Below are positions 48,001-57,567 of a DNA stretch of 64,000 nucleotides, in pieces. Every line of letters begins with the position of its first letter. Position 1 is the first letter of the stretch. The notes beneath the pieces were generated by a model. It did not search any database and had not been told where the DNA came from. It saw only the letters and a program-made list of their open reading frames with translations. The translations under genes were made by a program, and so were the position numbers. This DNA is from Cytophagaceae bacterium (lineage in GTDB: Bacteria > Bacteroidota > Bacteroidia > Cytophagales > Flexibacteraceae): positions 8,132 to 72,131 of the forward strand of contig JAIXYP010000028.1 of NCBI GenBank assembly GCA_027490155.1. The letters run 5' to 3'.

Positions 48001-48836
48001 ACCAAGATACCTTCTGCCCCTGCAGCACGGATTTTTTCGATCACGTTCCAGAAGTCATTTTCGTCAATCACCGAGTGCAAAGAGCTCCAGCCTTGCTTCA
48101 CTAATGGCATGATAGTAGGGCTGTTAATACCTGGTAGTAGCGCCGATACGACGTCTATAGCCTCGTTGGGCACATTGAGCAAAATGTATTTAGAGTTGGC
48201 TGCCTTCTGCACGGCCTGGATCCTGAACAAAAGCTGGTCCAGCACTGCCTGAAGGTCGGGCGCAAGGTTAGGTGCTGCCACAACCACTGCCTCGGAGCGA
48301 TAAACAGTCTCAACCTCTACCAGCCCGTTGGCCAAAAGGGTGGACCCCGAACTTACTATGTCACAAATAGCCTGAGCTAGACCGATACTTGGTGCAATTT
48401 CGACCGAGCCACTGATTTCATGCAGCTCTGCCCGGACACCAAACTGGCTAAGGTAAGCCCCAACGATTTTGGGATAGGTTGTGGCAATACGTTTTCCGTT
48501 CAGGTCCGATAAGCCATGGTACTCTGTGCCACGAGGGACGGCAATCGAAAGGCGACATTTGCCAAAACCTAAGTAGTGTACAGTATCGACCTGATACTGA
48601 CTTTCAGCAACAACGTTTTGCCCAACAAAGCCAATGTGAGCGACAGCGTCAGCTACGTACCCCGGGATGTCATCATCTCTGAGAAAAAGCACCTCAGCAG
48701 GGAAGTTAGAGGCGGTTGCTTTGAGCCTCCCAAGTCCATTATTGAGCTTGATGCCACAGTCGGCCAGTAGCTTGAGCGAGTCTTCGGACAGGCGGCCAGA
48801 TTTCTGGATGGCAATGCGGAGGATAGGTTCGTTCAT
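47973..48836 (-). CDS. hisG: ATP phosphoribosyltransferase, long form
   Basis: 287 aa with catalytic and C-terminal regulatory domains (MNEPILRIAIQKSGRLSEDS…). Confidence 0.88.
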   Translation of the reverse strand: MNEPILRIAIQKSGRLSEDSLKLLADCGIKLNNGLGRLKATASNFPAEVLFLRDDDIPGYVADAVAHIGFVGQNVVAESQYQVDTVHYLGFGKCRLSIAVPRGTEYHGLSDLNGKRIATTYPKIVGAYLSQFGVRAELHEISGSVEIAPSIGLAQAICDIVSSGSTLLANGLVEVETVYRSEAVVVAAPNLAPDLQAVLDQLLFRIQAVQKAANSKYILLNVPNEAIDVVSALLPGINSPTIMPLVKQGWSSLHSVIDENDFWNVIEKIRAAGAEGILVCPIEKMIG

Positions 48837-48889
48837 AAGTGATTGGGGGGCGGTCAGCTAAGATTTTGCCAACCAACCCCCAAAACTAT

Positions 48890-49612
48890 TTACAAACTCA
48901 TCAAATCCTTAAAGCGAATGGCCTGCCGCCTCGAAATCTCTATTTTTTCGCCCGTTTTGAGTTTAACAAGCAAACCACCACTAAAATAGGGCTCGATGCT
49001 ATCGATCATCTTGAGGTTGATTATGTGTTTGCGGTTGGCCCTAAAAAACACCTTCGGGTCTAGCCGATCTTCAAGCGAGTTTAATGACCGCAACACCATT
49101 GGCTTGTGATTGTCAAAATAGATCCTGACGTAGTTACCTAGGCTTTCGAAAAGGCGAACACTACCTAGTTCAACAAACCAACAGCGGTCACCATCCTTGA
49201 CAAAGATCCGATCACTTTCATACAACAATGACGGGATCTCGAGTGGCTGGGGGCGATCTTCCTCCTCAATGCTCAGACGTTTAATGGCATCTGCAAGGCG
49301 GGCAGGCTCAATCGGTTTCAGCAGATAGTCAGCCGCATTAAACTCAAACGCCTTGAGGGCATAGTCATCAAAGGCCGTCGTGAAGATGACCTCAGGCACA
49401 TGCTTGTCGAGTGAAGTCAAGACCTCAAAACCATTTTTTCCTGGCATCTGGATGTCCAGAAAAACCAAGTCGGGCTTCAGCTCGTTGATTTTTTCGACGG
49501 CATCTTCACCATTGACGGCTTCGCCCATGATGTTGATGAAAGGATGGGCTTCGAGCAGGCGACGCAGTTCGTTGCGGGCTAGTCTTTCGTCATCGATGAT
49601 GAGTGCGTTCAT
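48890..49612 (-). CDS. LytTR-family two-component response regulator
   Basis: CheY-like receiver (DDERLARNELRRLL…LDIQMPGKNGFEVL) plus a C-terminal LytTR DNA-binding domain. Confidence 0.85.
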   Translation of the reverse strand: MNALIIDDERLARNELRRLLEAHPFINIMGEAVNGEDAVEKINELKPDLVFLDIQMPGKNGFEVLTSLDKHVPEVIFTTAFDDYALKAFEFNAADYLLKPIEPARLADAIKRLSIEEEDRPQPLEIPSLLYESDRIFVKDGDRCWFVELGSVRLFESLGNYVRIYFDNHKPMVLRSLNSLEDRLDPKVFFRANRKHIINLKMIDSIEPYFSGGLLVKLKTGEKIEISRRQAIRFKDLMSL

Positions 49613-49717
49613 GAGTAGGGGTTTGATGGATTTGGTCGGGCCTTTATAGATAGGGCCTCAGGTTCGCTGATTGGAGGTAAAGATAATGATTGTCACACAA
49701 TAGCAACCTAGGGGCAG

Positions 49718-50815
49718 CTAGGCGGCGCGGCTGGCCGTGTTTTTCTTCTCGATATTGTTCTGCATCGGGATGACAAGGGTGGCGCAGACTTCGTTCGGAC
49801 CACTCTGGATAATTGTAAATGAGGCCGATGGACCGTAAAGCAACTCTAGCCTATGAATGGTGTTGATGATCCCGAAACCAGTGCTATTGCCTATGGGGTC
49901 CGTGTTGCCAAGATTGCCCGTATTCCGAATTGTGACAACTAGATTGCCTACATCAACACTGGCATCGATGCCAATGAAGCCCTCCCCTAGCAGCCGACTG
50001 ATGCCATGTTTGACGGCATTCTCGACTACAGTCTGGATCATCATTGGAGGTACCTGAATATGCATGGCCTCTGGGGCGATGTTCATATCCACATTCATCC
50101 GCTCCTCATACCGCAGCTTCTCGAGGTTGATGTAGTCATTGACGGTCTTCATCTCCTCCATCAAAGTGATGGTTTTGGACCTGTCGGCAAGAAGTGAGCT
50201 CCGTAAGATGTTGCTCAGCTGTGTGATCGACTTTTTGGACTTCACAGGGTCTTCATCCACCAAGGCCCTGATTGTGTTGAGGGCATTGAAGACAAAGTGC
50301 GGATTGAGCTGGCTTTTGAGTTTATTGAGCTCGAAGTCCTTAATGGCCCCCTCCCACTTCAGGTGCTCTATCTCTCGTTGGCGGCTGTTATTGAAATAGT
50401 GGGTGGCAAAGTAGATGAGGGACCAAATCATGAAAAATACCGACCTATTGATAACCGCAAACATGAAGTACATCAGGTCTGGCATCGGCGCATTGATGAT
50501 CAGCAAGTGATAGTCCACCAAGTAATTGATGGCCGTAAAAATGGCCCCTAGCACCATGTTGCAAACCAAAGTCAAGGCAATGACCTCCAGGATTGGTTTG
50601 CTGAGCCAGTTCTGGGTCTTGATCAAAAGCCGAAACAAGTAGCTAAGAAGCACCCCGCTATAGGTCATGATGCAGATCGAGAGGATTAGTTGCAGATCCA
50701 GATTGAGCTTATCAAAATACTTATAGCCAAGGGCCGTCATGATGCCAAACAAGGTCCAGCCGCCCAATTGGCAAAACCAGAATAATTTGCTCATCCCTGT
50801 CCCTTGTCCGATCAT
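49718..50815 (-). CDS. Sensor histidine kinase of the LytS/YehU-like class (partner of the LytTR regulator)
   Basis: N-terminal multi-TM sensor, His_kinase region (LKSQLNPHFVFNALNTIRALV) and an HATPase_c domain. The true start may be the internal Met at about 50794. Confidence 0.8.
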   Translation of the reverse strand: MIGQGTGMSKLFWFCQLGGWTLFGIMTALGYKYFDKLNLDLQLILSICIMTYSGVLLSYLFRLLIKTQNWLSKPILEVIALTLVCNMVLGAIFTAINYLVDYHLLIINAPMPDLMYFMFAVINRSVFFMIWSLIYFATHYFNNSRQREIEHLKWEGAIKDFELNKLKSQLNPHFVFNALNTIRALVDEDPVKSKKSITQLSNILRSSLLADRSKTITLMEEMKTVNDYINLEKLRYEERMNVDMNIAPEAMHIQVPPMMIQTVVENAVKHGISRLLGEGFIGIDASVDVGNLVVTIRNTGNLGNTDPIGNSTGFGIINTIHRLELLYGPSASFTIIQSGPNEVCATLVIPMQNNIEKKNTASRAA

Positions 50816-51248
50816 GTTCCTGTCTTAAGCGTTTTGGCCCTTTGGTTTTGGTTTTTTTCGTAGGGAGGAGACTAGCTACTAGGTTTGACCTCACCCATCC
50901 CAATATCCAGAAAATGTACCCCTGAAAGCAAGTGGGCACGGATATTTTCGTGTAATTTGTACACAAAATCAGTCAACCGAGCCAAAGACCTGACCTAGAC
51001 CTAGATGGTAGGCCCAAAGATCAGATAACTGGTCCTGAGGCCACACCAGTGGCAGCCCACTTGATCGCGGAAGCACCTTTTAGTAGGGGCCACTATTGAG
51101 CAAGGTACTTTACCAAAGCCTGCCTACATCTGGCGAACCTCTTAATACCTAGGTTACCCATGGTATGGAGCCCCGACCAGATGGAACCACAGACCTACTT
51201 TGCGCCATTGACTGATTTTGACATACACCAAACGACAGACACCAACCT

Positions 51249-52175
51249 ATGAGTTCCCTCAGCAACACAGCTGCCCCTGCCCCCAACTTTACAGACTTCG
51301 CCACTTGGCAAGCCTATATCCAGTCCAGTAACGAACCACTTTACCTTCCAGTCCTCCATTGGGAAATGAACCAAAAGGGCGCTTCTGAGACCGACATTTG
51401 GGCAGGCATTCAAGAGGCTTGGGTTGTGATGAAAGATGCTGTCCTCACTGGCCTTTCAGAGGATATGACTAGCCGCAGCGGCATGGTCAACAACAGCGGC
51501 AAAAAGGTCATGAATAGCCGCCTCCATGTCTTGGCGCCTGAGTTCACCCAACTTGTGGCTCGTGCACTTGCTGCCAAAGAGGTAAATGCCTGCATGGGCC
51601 GCATTGTGGCGGCACCAACTGCTGGCGCCAGTGGCATTTTGCCTGGCACCTTAGTCACGATGCAAGAGCTTCATGGGGTGACAGATCGGCAAATCGCCGA
51701 AGGCCTATTGGTTGCTGCGGGGATCGCCTTAGTGATCCAGTACAATGCCTCGTTGGCAGGTGCTGTTGGTGGCTGCCAAGCCGAAACAGGTAGTGCCGCT
51801 GCTATGGCATCTGGTGCAATGGTCTATCTGCTTGGTGGTGATGTTACCCAGGTGTTCAACGCTGTGGCCATTACCATCCAATGTATGCTGGGCCTCGTCT
51901 GTGACCCAGTAGCTGGCCTTGTCGAGGTGCCTTGCATTGTTCGGAATGCCAGTGCAGCAGCCATTGCCTACAGCAGTGCCCAGATGGCCATCGCCCAAGT
52001 TACGGCAGTGATCCCTGTGGACGAATGTGTGGCAGCTATGGGTGAGATTGGCCAAGCGATGGAAAGTCGTTACAAAGAGACAGCTCTTGGTGGGTTAGCA
52101 GCCACACCAACAGGCAAAGCCATTGCAAAGCGGGTCCTGATTTCAGACATCAACCTAATGGCTGAAGCTGAATAA
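51249..52175 (+). CDS. sdaAA: L-serine dehydratase (iron-sulfur-dependent) alpha subunit
   Basis: ATPTAGASGILPGTL, GGCQAETGSAAAMA, MLGLVCDPVAGLVEVPC and GGLAATPTGK are all SdaAA signatures. Confidence 0.85.
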   Translation: MSSLSNTAAPAPNFTDFATWQAYIQSSNEPLYLPVLHWEMNQKGASETDIWAGIQEAWVVMKDAVLTGLSEDMTSRSGMVNNSGKKVMNSRLHVLAPEFTQLVARALAAKEVNACMGRIVAAPTAGASGILPGTLVTMQELHGVTDRQIAEGLLVAAGIALVIQYNASLAGAVGGCQAETGSAAAMASGAMVYLLGGDVTQVFNAVAITIQCMLGLVCDPVAGLVEVPCIVRNASAAAIAYSSAQMAIAQVTAVIPVDECVAAMGEIGQAMESRYKETALGGLAATPTGKAIAKRVLISDINLMAEAE

Positions 52176-52183
52176 GCTGAACC

Positions 52184-53203
52184 TTAGTCCTTATAGATTT
52201 CAACTCCACGGACGGACTCCGTCTGCCAAGCACGATACATCCCCTCGGTGTTGAAAGGGAGGCATACGTTACCAAACCGATCCACAGCCACGATGCCTCC
52301 AGAGTCAGGTGCCACTGACCCTAGGTGTTCTATAATGGTGGCTTGACAGGCCTGCTCCAGGGATTTACCTTGGTATTTGATGCGAGCAGCCACATCATAT
52401 GCCACCACATTGGATATAAACACCTCGCCATGCCCAGTGGCGGATATGGCTACGTTTTCATCAGCCCAAGTGCCTGCTCCAATCAGCGGACTGTCGCCGA
52501 TGCGGTTATATCGTTTGTTGGTCATGCCCCCAGTGCTGGTGGCCGCCGCAAGGTGCCCATATTGATCTAGTGCCACTGCGCCCACCGTACCAAATTTATG
52601 GTTCGGGTCGATAGGGTCGCCAGATGTAACAGCATCTTGTTTAGCTTTAATCTCACCATCGATTTTGCCATCATGATCTAGTAATACCCTACCCTCAACC
52701 AATGCGGCATCAAGTTGGGCTTTCCGGAAATCTGTGCTGAAATAGTCAGGCGATACCAATTCTAGGCCTTGTTCGGCAGCTAGTTCCTCTGCCCCAGCAT
52801 GTGCCAGCAAGACATGGTCGGTATGCTCCATTACCGCCTTGGCTGCCAAGATTGGGTTTTTGATCGTCCTGCCCCCAGCAACTGCACCAGCTTTGTTGGT
52901 ATGACCCTCCATCAAGGCAGCGTCAAGCTCATGGCCTCCCGTATGCGTAAAGACTGCCCCTCTGCCCGCATTGAACAATGGGCAGTTCTCGAGCCAAACA
53001 ACGGTTGCAGTCACGGCCTCTAATGCGGTAGCGCCTGCTGCCAACAAATCCCACCCTATCCGTAAAGCAGTGTCCAATGCCTCAGTATAAGCAACCTCTT
53101 GATCTGCTGAAATTTGGCTTTTCAAGATGGTGCCTGCACCGCCATGCAAGGCAATCGCAATTTTGGATACTTGAGGCTGGTTGGGGACTGGTGGCTGGTG
53201 CAT
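52184..53203 (-). CDS. Isoaspartyl peptidase/L-asparaginase (Ntn-hydrolase, plant-type asparaginase family)
   Basis: ALHGGAGT…, the autoproteolytic GTVGAVALD site, and ATSTGGMTNK. Start taken at the second Met (53203). Confidence 0.82.
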   Translation of the reverse strand: MHQPPVPNQPQVSKIAIALHGGAGTILKSQISADQEVAYTEALDTALRIGWDLLAAGATALEAVTATVVWLENCPLFNAGRGAVFTHTGGHELDAALMEGHTNKAGAVAGGRTIKNPILAAKAVMEHTDHVLLAHAGAEELAAEQGLELVSPDYFSTDFRKAQLDAALVEGRVLLDHDGKIDGEIKAKQDAVTSGDPIDPNHKFGTVGAVALDQYGHLAAATSTGGMTNKRYNRIGDSPLIGAGTWADENVAISATGHGEVFISNVVAYDVAARIKYQGKSLEQACQATIIEHLGSVAPDSGGIVAVDRFGNVCLPFNTEGMYRAWQTESVRGVEIYKD

Positions 53204-53327
53204 AATTAGAGATGATGGCTTGTGAAGTATTGTCAGGACCGGAATCCTAACACAAATATGGGCAGGCAAGGCTCAATAGAACTAACTCCCCCGCCCTGAA
53301 CCCCGGCAAATTGTCTGACCCTGAGCC

Positions 53328-55793
53328 TCAGTTGCCTAAGAAGTTACCCAACTTAACACCAATGTAGACCGTTGTAGGACGACTAGGGCCATAGATATAG
53401 CTGGCATCACGCATGGCGCCTTGGTCAAAATCTCGCTGATATTGGTTGAGCAAGTTCTGACAACCCGCGATCACTTCGCAGCGGAGGTCATCAGCCAGGT
53501 TGACTTTGTATCCGATGCGTAGATTGAGCTCAGCAAATGCTGGAGTTGTTTTGGTCAGTATATAGCCAGTTTCTGGCTCCACCTGATGTGCAACGACCAT
53601 CGCCCCCGTGAACACCGAAGTTAGATTGGCCTTCAACTTTGGCAAGATCCGCCATTCAGCTGTCGCAAATCCATAAATATCAGGGGTCCTTAGCAGTCTG
53701 CTGGTTTTGGTTTCTGTTGCTGATCGACTTGCAATTGCCTCCCCCTGCCATAATAACAAAGGGGATTTGTAAATTGCTTGTTGCAAAGTCCCTCCTAGAA
53801 CTAGGTCAATAGGAAAGTGGTCATGTTTGAGCCGCCACTCAAGGTTCATCCCATAGACCGAAAGTCCCTGACCATTTTGTTTGAGCCAAGTGGCATATCC
53901 TGCTTGGCTGATCTGAACGTCCGTATTGACAAAGGCATTGGGCAGCAAGGTCGCAAACCCTTCAAGCAAGATATTTTGGGCCATTTCGCCCGTTCTGAAA
54001 TCTTTGTCAATGGAGGCAGTAAAGCTATGAGATCGCTCGGGCACCAAGTCGGGCGAAAGCTGGACAAACCGAGCCGTTCCTGACACGGTCTCAATATGCA
54101 AGTCTTCATCAAATGCCTGTGGGGCACGGTATCCCTGGGCATACCCTAGCCTAATTTTGGTTGATGACCCTAGTGTTTGCAGGATTGCGATCCTAGGAAC
54201 TAAAGCTAGCAAACGCTTGTTGGCTGATGGTGTCTCTAGCCCATACTGATACCGCCCGTCGATGCTTACCATATCCAGCCGAAGACCTCCAACTACACTT
54301 GTGCTAGGTGTAAGGGCGTATGTCACCTGCCCATAGAGCCCGATTGTGTTAGTTTGCTGAACAATAAGACGCCGATAGCCAGGCATCTGGTCATCCACTT
54401 TGTTATGCTGCCACTCCGTACCCACAGTCCACCCTAGGCGCCTGACAATACTATCTGAGGATGATGATGGGCTGCTGAACTGTAGGCCAACGACGCCAAT
54501 CAAGTCAGTGGTTTTACCGTAGGCATTAAGGGCTAATAGGTCTCGTGCTGATAATGTATCAGCCGGCCCCAATACTCGCCCACCTCCACCATAATAACTA
54601 TTCCGATCCGTCAACTGGACAGACCCGTAAGCCGATAAATTATACCTTCGCCCTAAGTACTCATAGTTCGCACCAAGGTTATAGGCATTGGTCTTGAGCT
54701 CCTCGGCGATGTCGGTTTGGTGAGGTGGCAAGTCTAGGTTATTACCTCCTCGGCGGTATTCGGTCAAGGCAAACCCTGTCAAGTTAAGTTTGGAGCAAGG
54801 GCTTAGTTTGTAGAACCCATTGAAGCCAAAGGTTTGATTTCTGAGGCGGGTAATTTCTGAGTAACCATCTCCATTGGCGTCGTATTCAGCCCTGTTGCGG
54901 GTCATGCCATAGAGGCTAATACCCGTTTTGTCATCGGCCGAAACAAAACTACCGTTACCATAAGTAGACAGATCGGGAGCTGCACCACCTATCATATTAA
55001 GGGTGCTTCCCGCCTGCCAACCGTTGAATAGTGGGTCTTTGGTCAGTATATTGATGGTGCCCGCGATGGCATTGCCACCATAAAGCACAGATCCTGCACC
55101 GCGTACTACCTCCACCCGATCAATCAGGCTAGCCGGAATCTGGTCTAGTCCATAGACACTGGTCAGGGCACTATAAACTGGCCTGCTATTGATCAACAAT
55201 TGCGAATAGGGCCCCTGCAATCCGTTGAGCCGCACACTGCTGAATCCGCAGTTTTGGCAGTTGTTTTCGACCCGGAGACCAGGGCTGAAACTGAGCCCAT
55301 CCCCTAGGCTAACAGCCTGCACGTTGCCAAACTGCTTAGCAGAGACAACGTTGACGATCACTGCAGTTTTATCTCGGCTAACCTGCTGACGGCCTGCCGT
55401 CACGGTCACTACTGAGGTACCAAGAACATCCGGCACCAGCTCTAAATCCAGATCTGTCGTTTGGTTAGCTTTCAGGACCACAGCCTTTTCAAGAGGTTGG
55501 TAGCCCACAGACCTTACCAAAAGTTTGATCGACCCAGGCTTCAATCCCTTAAGGTGGTAATGACCTTTGACGTCAGAAGTGGTGCCGATATTGGTAGTCA
55601 GGACCATGATCGTCGCGAAGGCAACCGGCTGCCCATTGGCCAAAACCTGCCCGTGCAGCTCTTGTGCAGGTACATTTTGGGCCAGAAATAAGGAGGTAAT
55701 TATGATAAAAGAGTAGAAAAAAATACCCTGCAATGCCCGACTTGGCCATCTTAACCACTTCCTACATGACCTATAACCAGCTGATAATGACAT
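53328..55793 (-). CDS. TonB-dependent outer-membrane receptor with an N-terminal carboxypeptidase-regulatory-like domain
   Basis: Signal peptide, CarbopepD_reg-like segment (QVLANGQPVAFATIMVL…), plug domain, and a long beta-barrel. Confidence 0.8.
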   Translation of the reverse strand: MSLSAGYRSCRKWLRWPSRALQGIFFYSFIIITSLFLAQNVPAQELHGQVLANGQPVAFATIMVLTTNIGTTSDVKGHYHLKGLKPGSIKLLVRSVGYQPLEKAVVLKANQTTDLDLELVPDVLGTSVVTVTAGRQQVSRDKTAVIVNVVSAKQFGNVQAVSLGDGLSFSPGLRVENNCQNCGFSSVRLNGLQGPYSQLLINSRPVYSALTSVYGLDQIPASLIDRVEVVRGAGSVLYGGNAIAGTINILTKDPLFNGWQAGSTLNMIGGAAPDLSTYGNGSFVSADDKTGISLYGMTRNRAEYDANGDGYSEITRLRNQTFGFNGFYKLSPCSKLNLTGFALTEYRRGGNNLDLPPHQTDIAEELKTNAYNLGANYEYLGRRYNLSAYGSVQLTDRNSYYGGGGRVLGPADTLSARDLLALNAYGKTTDLIGVVGLQFSSPSSSSDSIVRRLGWTVGTEWQHNKVDDQMPGYRRLIVQQTNTIGLYGQVTYALTPSTSVVGGLRLDMVSIDGRYQYGLETPSANKRLLALVPRIAILQTLGSSTKIRLGYAQGYRAPQAFDEDLHIETVSGTARFVQLSPDLVPERSHSFTASIDKDFRTGEMAQNILLEGFATLLPNAFVNTDVQISQAGYATWLKQNGQGLSVYGMNLEWRLKHDHFPIDLVLGGTLQQAIYKSPLLLWQGEAIASRSATETKTSRLLRTPDIYGFATAEWRILPKLKANLTSVFTGAMVVAHQVEPETGYILTKTTPAFAELNLRIGYKVNLADDLRCEVIAGCQNLLNQYQRDFDQGAMRDASYIYGPSRPTTVYIGVKLGNFLGN

Positions 55794-55879
55794 CTTAAAT
55801 CAGAAAAAGCACCACCTCCTGATAACGCTACCCAATTTTTGGCTCAGCTCGATGGAACACAAATGTATACCTAAATTTA

Positions 55880-55899
55880 TTTTTAGGGTAGCCTAAAAA
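55880..55899. promoter_or_regulatory. Near-perfect 20-bp palindrome TTTTTAGGGT|AGCCTAAAAA between the divergent TonB-receptor and DtxR-family genes. Candidate metalloregulator operator.
   Basis: 19 of 20 positions are symmetric. The core TTAGG…CCTAA resembles DtxR/IdeR-type half-sites. Confidence 0.4.
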
Positions 55900-55963
55900 A
55901 TATTTTTCTCAAGTTGCCTAATTATATTTGTTCTCAGTCACCAGACCCGTAGCACCAAACGAA

Positions 55964-56671
55964 ATGCTTTCATTAGCCGAAGAGAATTACCTTAAGACCA
56001 TCTTTAAGCTCCAGCACCCGAGCCCACCTTCAGGTCTGAGCCATGACGATTTGCCGCAAGGCAACGAAGGTGAGGTCACGACGGCAAGCACCAACCAGAT
56101 TGCGGAACAGATGCAAACGCGGGCAGGAAGCGTGAGCGAAATGCTGAAAAAACTGGCTGAGAAAGAGCTCGTTCATTACCAACCCTACCAAGGAGCTGGC
56201 CTTACGGAGGCAGGCAAACGGAAGGCGATCCAGGTAGTACGTCGGCATCGCCTTTGGGAGACATTTTTGGTCGAGACCCTAGGTTTCGCTTGGGATAAGG
56301 TGCACGAGTTGGCCGAAGAGCTAGAGCATATCCGGAGCGAAGAGTTAACCGAGCGCCTAGATGCTTTCCTCAACCACCCTAAATTTGACCCGCATGGCGA
56401 CCCAATCCCGAACAATAAGGGAGAGGTTAGTCATCGGCAACATGTGTGTCTCAACCGAATCAATATTGGCAATGTGGTTACATTGTCAGGGGTCGAAGAT
56501 CATGATCCGGCCTTTTTGCGTTATCTAGAAAGCAAAGGCATCAGCATCGGGGCCTCCCTTAAAATCCTTGAACGCATCAGCTTTGATGGTAGCAGCATGA
56601 TTAGTTGCAACAATGAGCCGCCGTTTTATGTTAGCCAAAAAGTGGCAGAAAATTTGCTAGTCATGTCATAA
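55964..56671 (+). CDS. DtxR/MntR-family metal-dependent transcriptional regulator with a C-terminal FeoA/SH3-like domain
   Basis: N-terminal wHTH (EENYLKTIFKL…), metal-binding/dimerisation region (RRHRLWETFLVETLGF…HELAEELEH), and a C-terminal SH3-like domain. Start taken at the internal Met. Confidence 0.8.
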   Translation: MLSLAEENYLKTIFKLQHPSPPSGLSHDDLPQGNEGEVTTASTNQIAEQMQTRAGSVSEMLKKLAEKELVHYQPYQGAGLTEAGKRKAIQVVRRHRLWETFLVETLGFAWDKVHELAEELEHIRSEELTERLDAFLNHPKFDPHGDPIPNNKGEVSHRQHVCLNRINIGNVVTLSGVEDHDPAFLRYLESKGISIGASLKILERISFDGSSMISCNNEPPFYVSQKVAENLLVMS

Positions 56672-56710
56672 GGCCGTCCACGAGCCCCCATAACCACTAT
56701 TCGACAATTT

Positions 56711-57064
56711 ATGAACTGGAATAAGATCACCTCCGAGGCTGAGCTAGATGCCGCCATCGAGGCTTCGTACAAAAAGCCTGTGTTACTTTTTAAACATAGC
56801 ACACGTTGCAGCATCAGCAGCACAGCACTCAGTCGCCTAGAGCGCAATTGGGGTGCTGAGGCAGACAAAGACATCCGTCCTTTCTACCTTGATCTGATCG
56901 CCTACCGCCCAGTCAGCAATGCCATTGCGGACAAGACAGGCATCGTACACGAGTCACCTCAAGCCATCCTTTTGGTCGATGGGCAGCCAATCTATAATAC
57001 CTCCCATCTTGATATTAGGTTAGATGGACTTCTAGAAGCGGCCCGTAACACAAGTAATACCTAG
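56711..57064 (+). CDS. ytxJ: YtxJ-family monothiol thioredoxin-like protein (bacillithiol-system-associated)
   Basis: 117 aa with the single-Cys motif TRCSIS (YtxJ TCPIS-type). Confidence 0.7.
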   Translation: MNWNKITSEAELDAAIEASYKKPVLLFKHSTRCSISSTALSRLERNWGAEADKDIRPFYLDLIAYRPVSNAIADKTGIVHESPQAILLVDGQPIYNTSHLDIRLDGLLEAARNTSNT

Positions 57065-57480
57065 ACTTCAGGGTATAGAAAAGTAACGTTCTGGATCAAA
57101 TCTGGATGTAGGCTTTTGGCCACAGGGCAGGTTCTGGCAGTATTTTCGAGTACGGCACGTTTATGTGCATCATAAATACCATCTACAAACGTTATCTCAA
57201 CATCCACGCCCGAAATCCGGCGTGGGTCGGCAGCCATATGTTTCTGGATTAGTATTTTAGTGCCGTCCAAGACCCAACCTTCGCGGTTTGCTACAATACC
57301 CATCAAGGTCATCATGCAGCTGCCAAGGGCCGTCGCGACTAAGTCCGTAGGCGAGAACCGCTGGGCAAGCCCATGGTTATCTAACGGTGCATCAGTCTCA
57401 ATAACGCTTTGGCTATAGACATGGGTGGCTTGGGTCCTAAGTTGGCCAACGTATAAGGTTTCGGCAGTCCAGTTGCTCAT
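57061..57480 (-). CDS. OsmC family protein (second copy)
   Basis: OsmC fold with …TALGSCMMTLMG… and …ARTCPV…. Start at the internal Met MSNWTAE (57480). Confidence 0.75.
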   Translation of the reverse strand: MSNWTAETLYVGQLRTQATHVYSQSVIETDAPLDNHGLAQRFSPTDLVATALGSCMMTLMGIVANREGWVLDGTKILIQKHMAADPRRISGVDVEITFVDGIYDAHKRAVLENTARTCPVAKSLHPDLIQNVTFLYPEV

Positions 57481-57567
57481 TTGTGTTATTTTTGATTTCT
57501 GATTACCAGCACCGGACCATTTGCAGACCCTCACTGGCGCCCCAAATATCCGATAATTCTTGACGTT

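Noticed and set aside
50816-51248. 433-bp intergenic region between the histidine kinase and sdaAA, examined for ncRNA or small ORFs
   Set aside because: No convincing hairpins, conserved RNA motifs or ORFs were recognisable by eye. The ORF 50721-50966 overlaps the kinase start and looks spurious.
56030-56415. Minus-strand ORFs 56030-56248 and 56185-56415 inside the DtxR-family gene
   Set aside because: They are antisense to a well-supported regulator gene and have no features.
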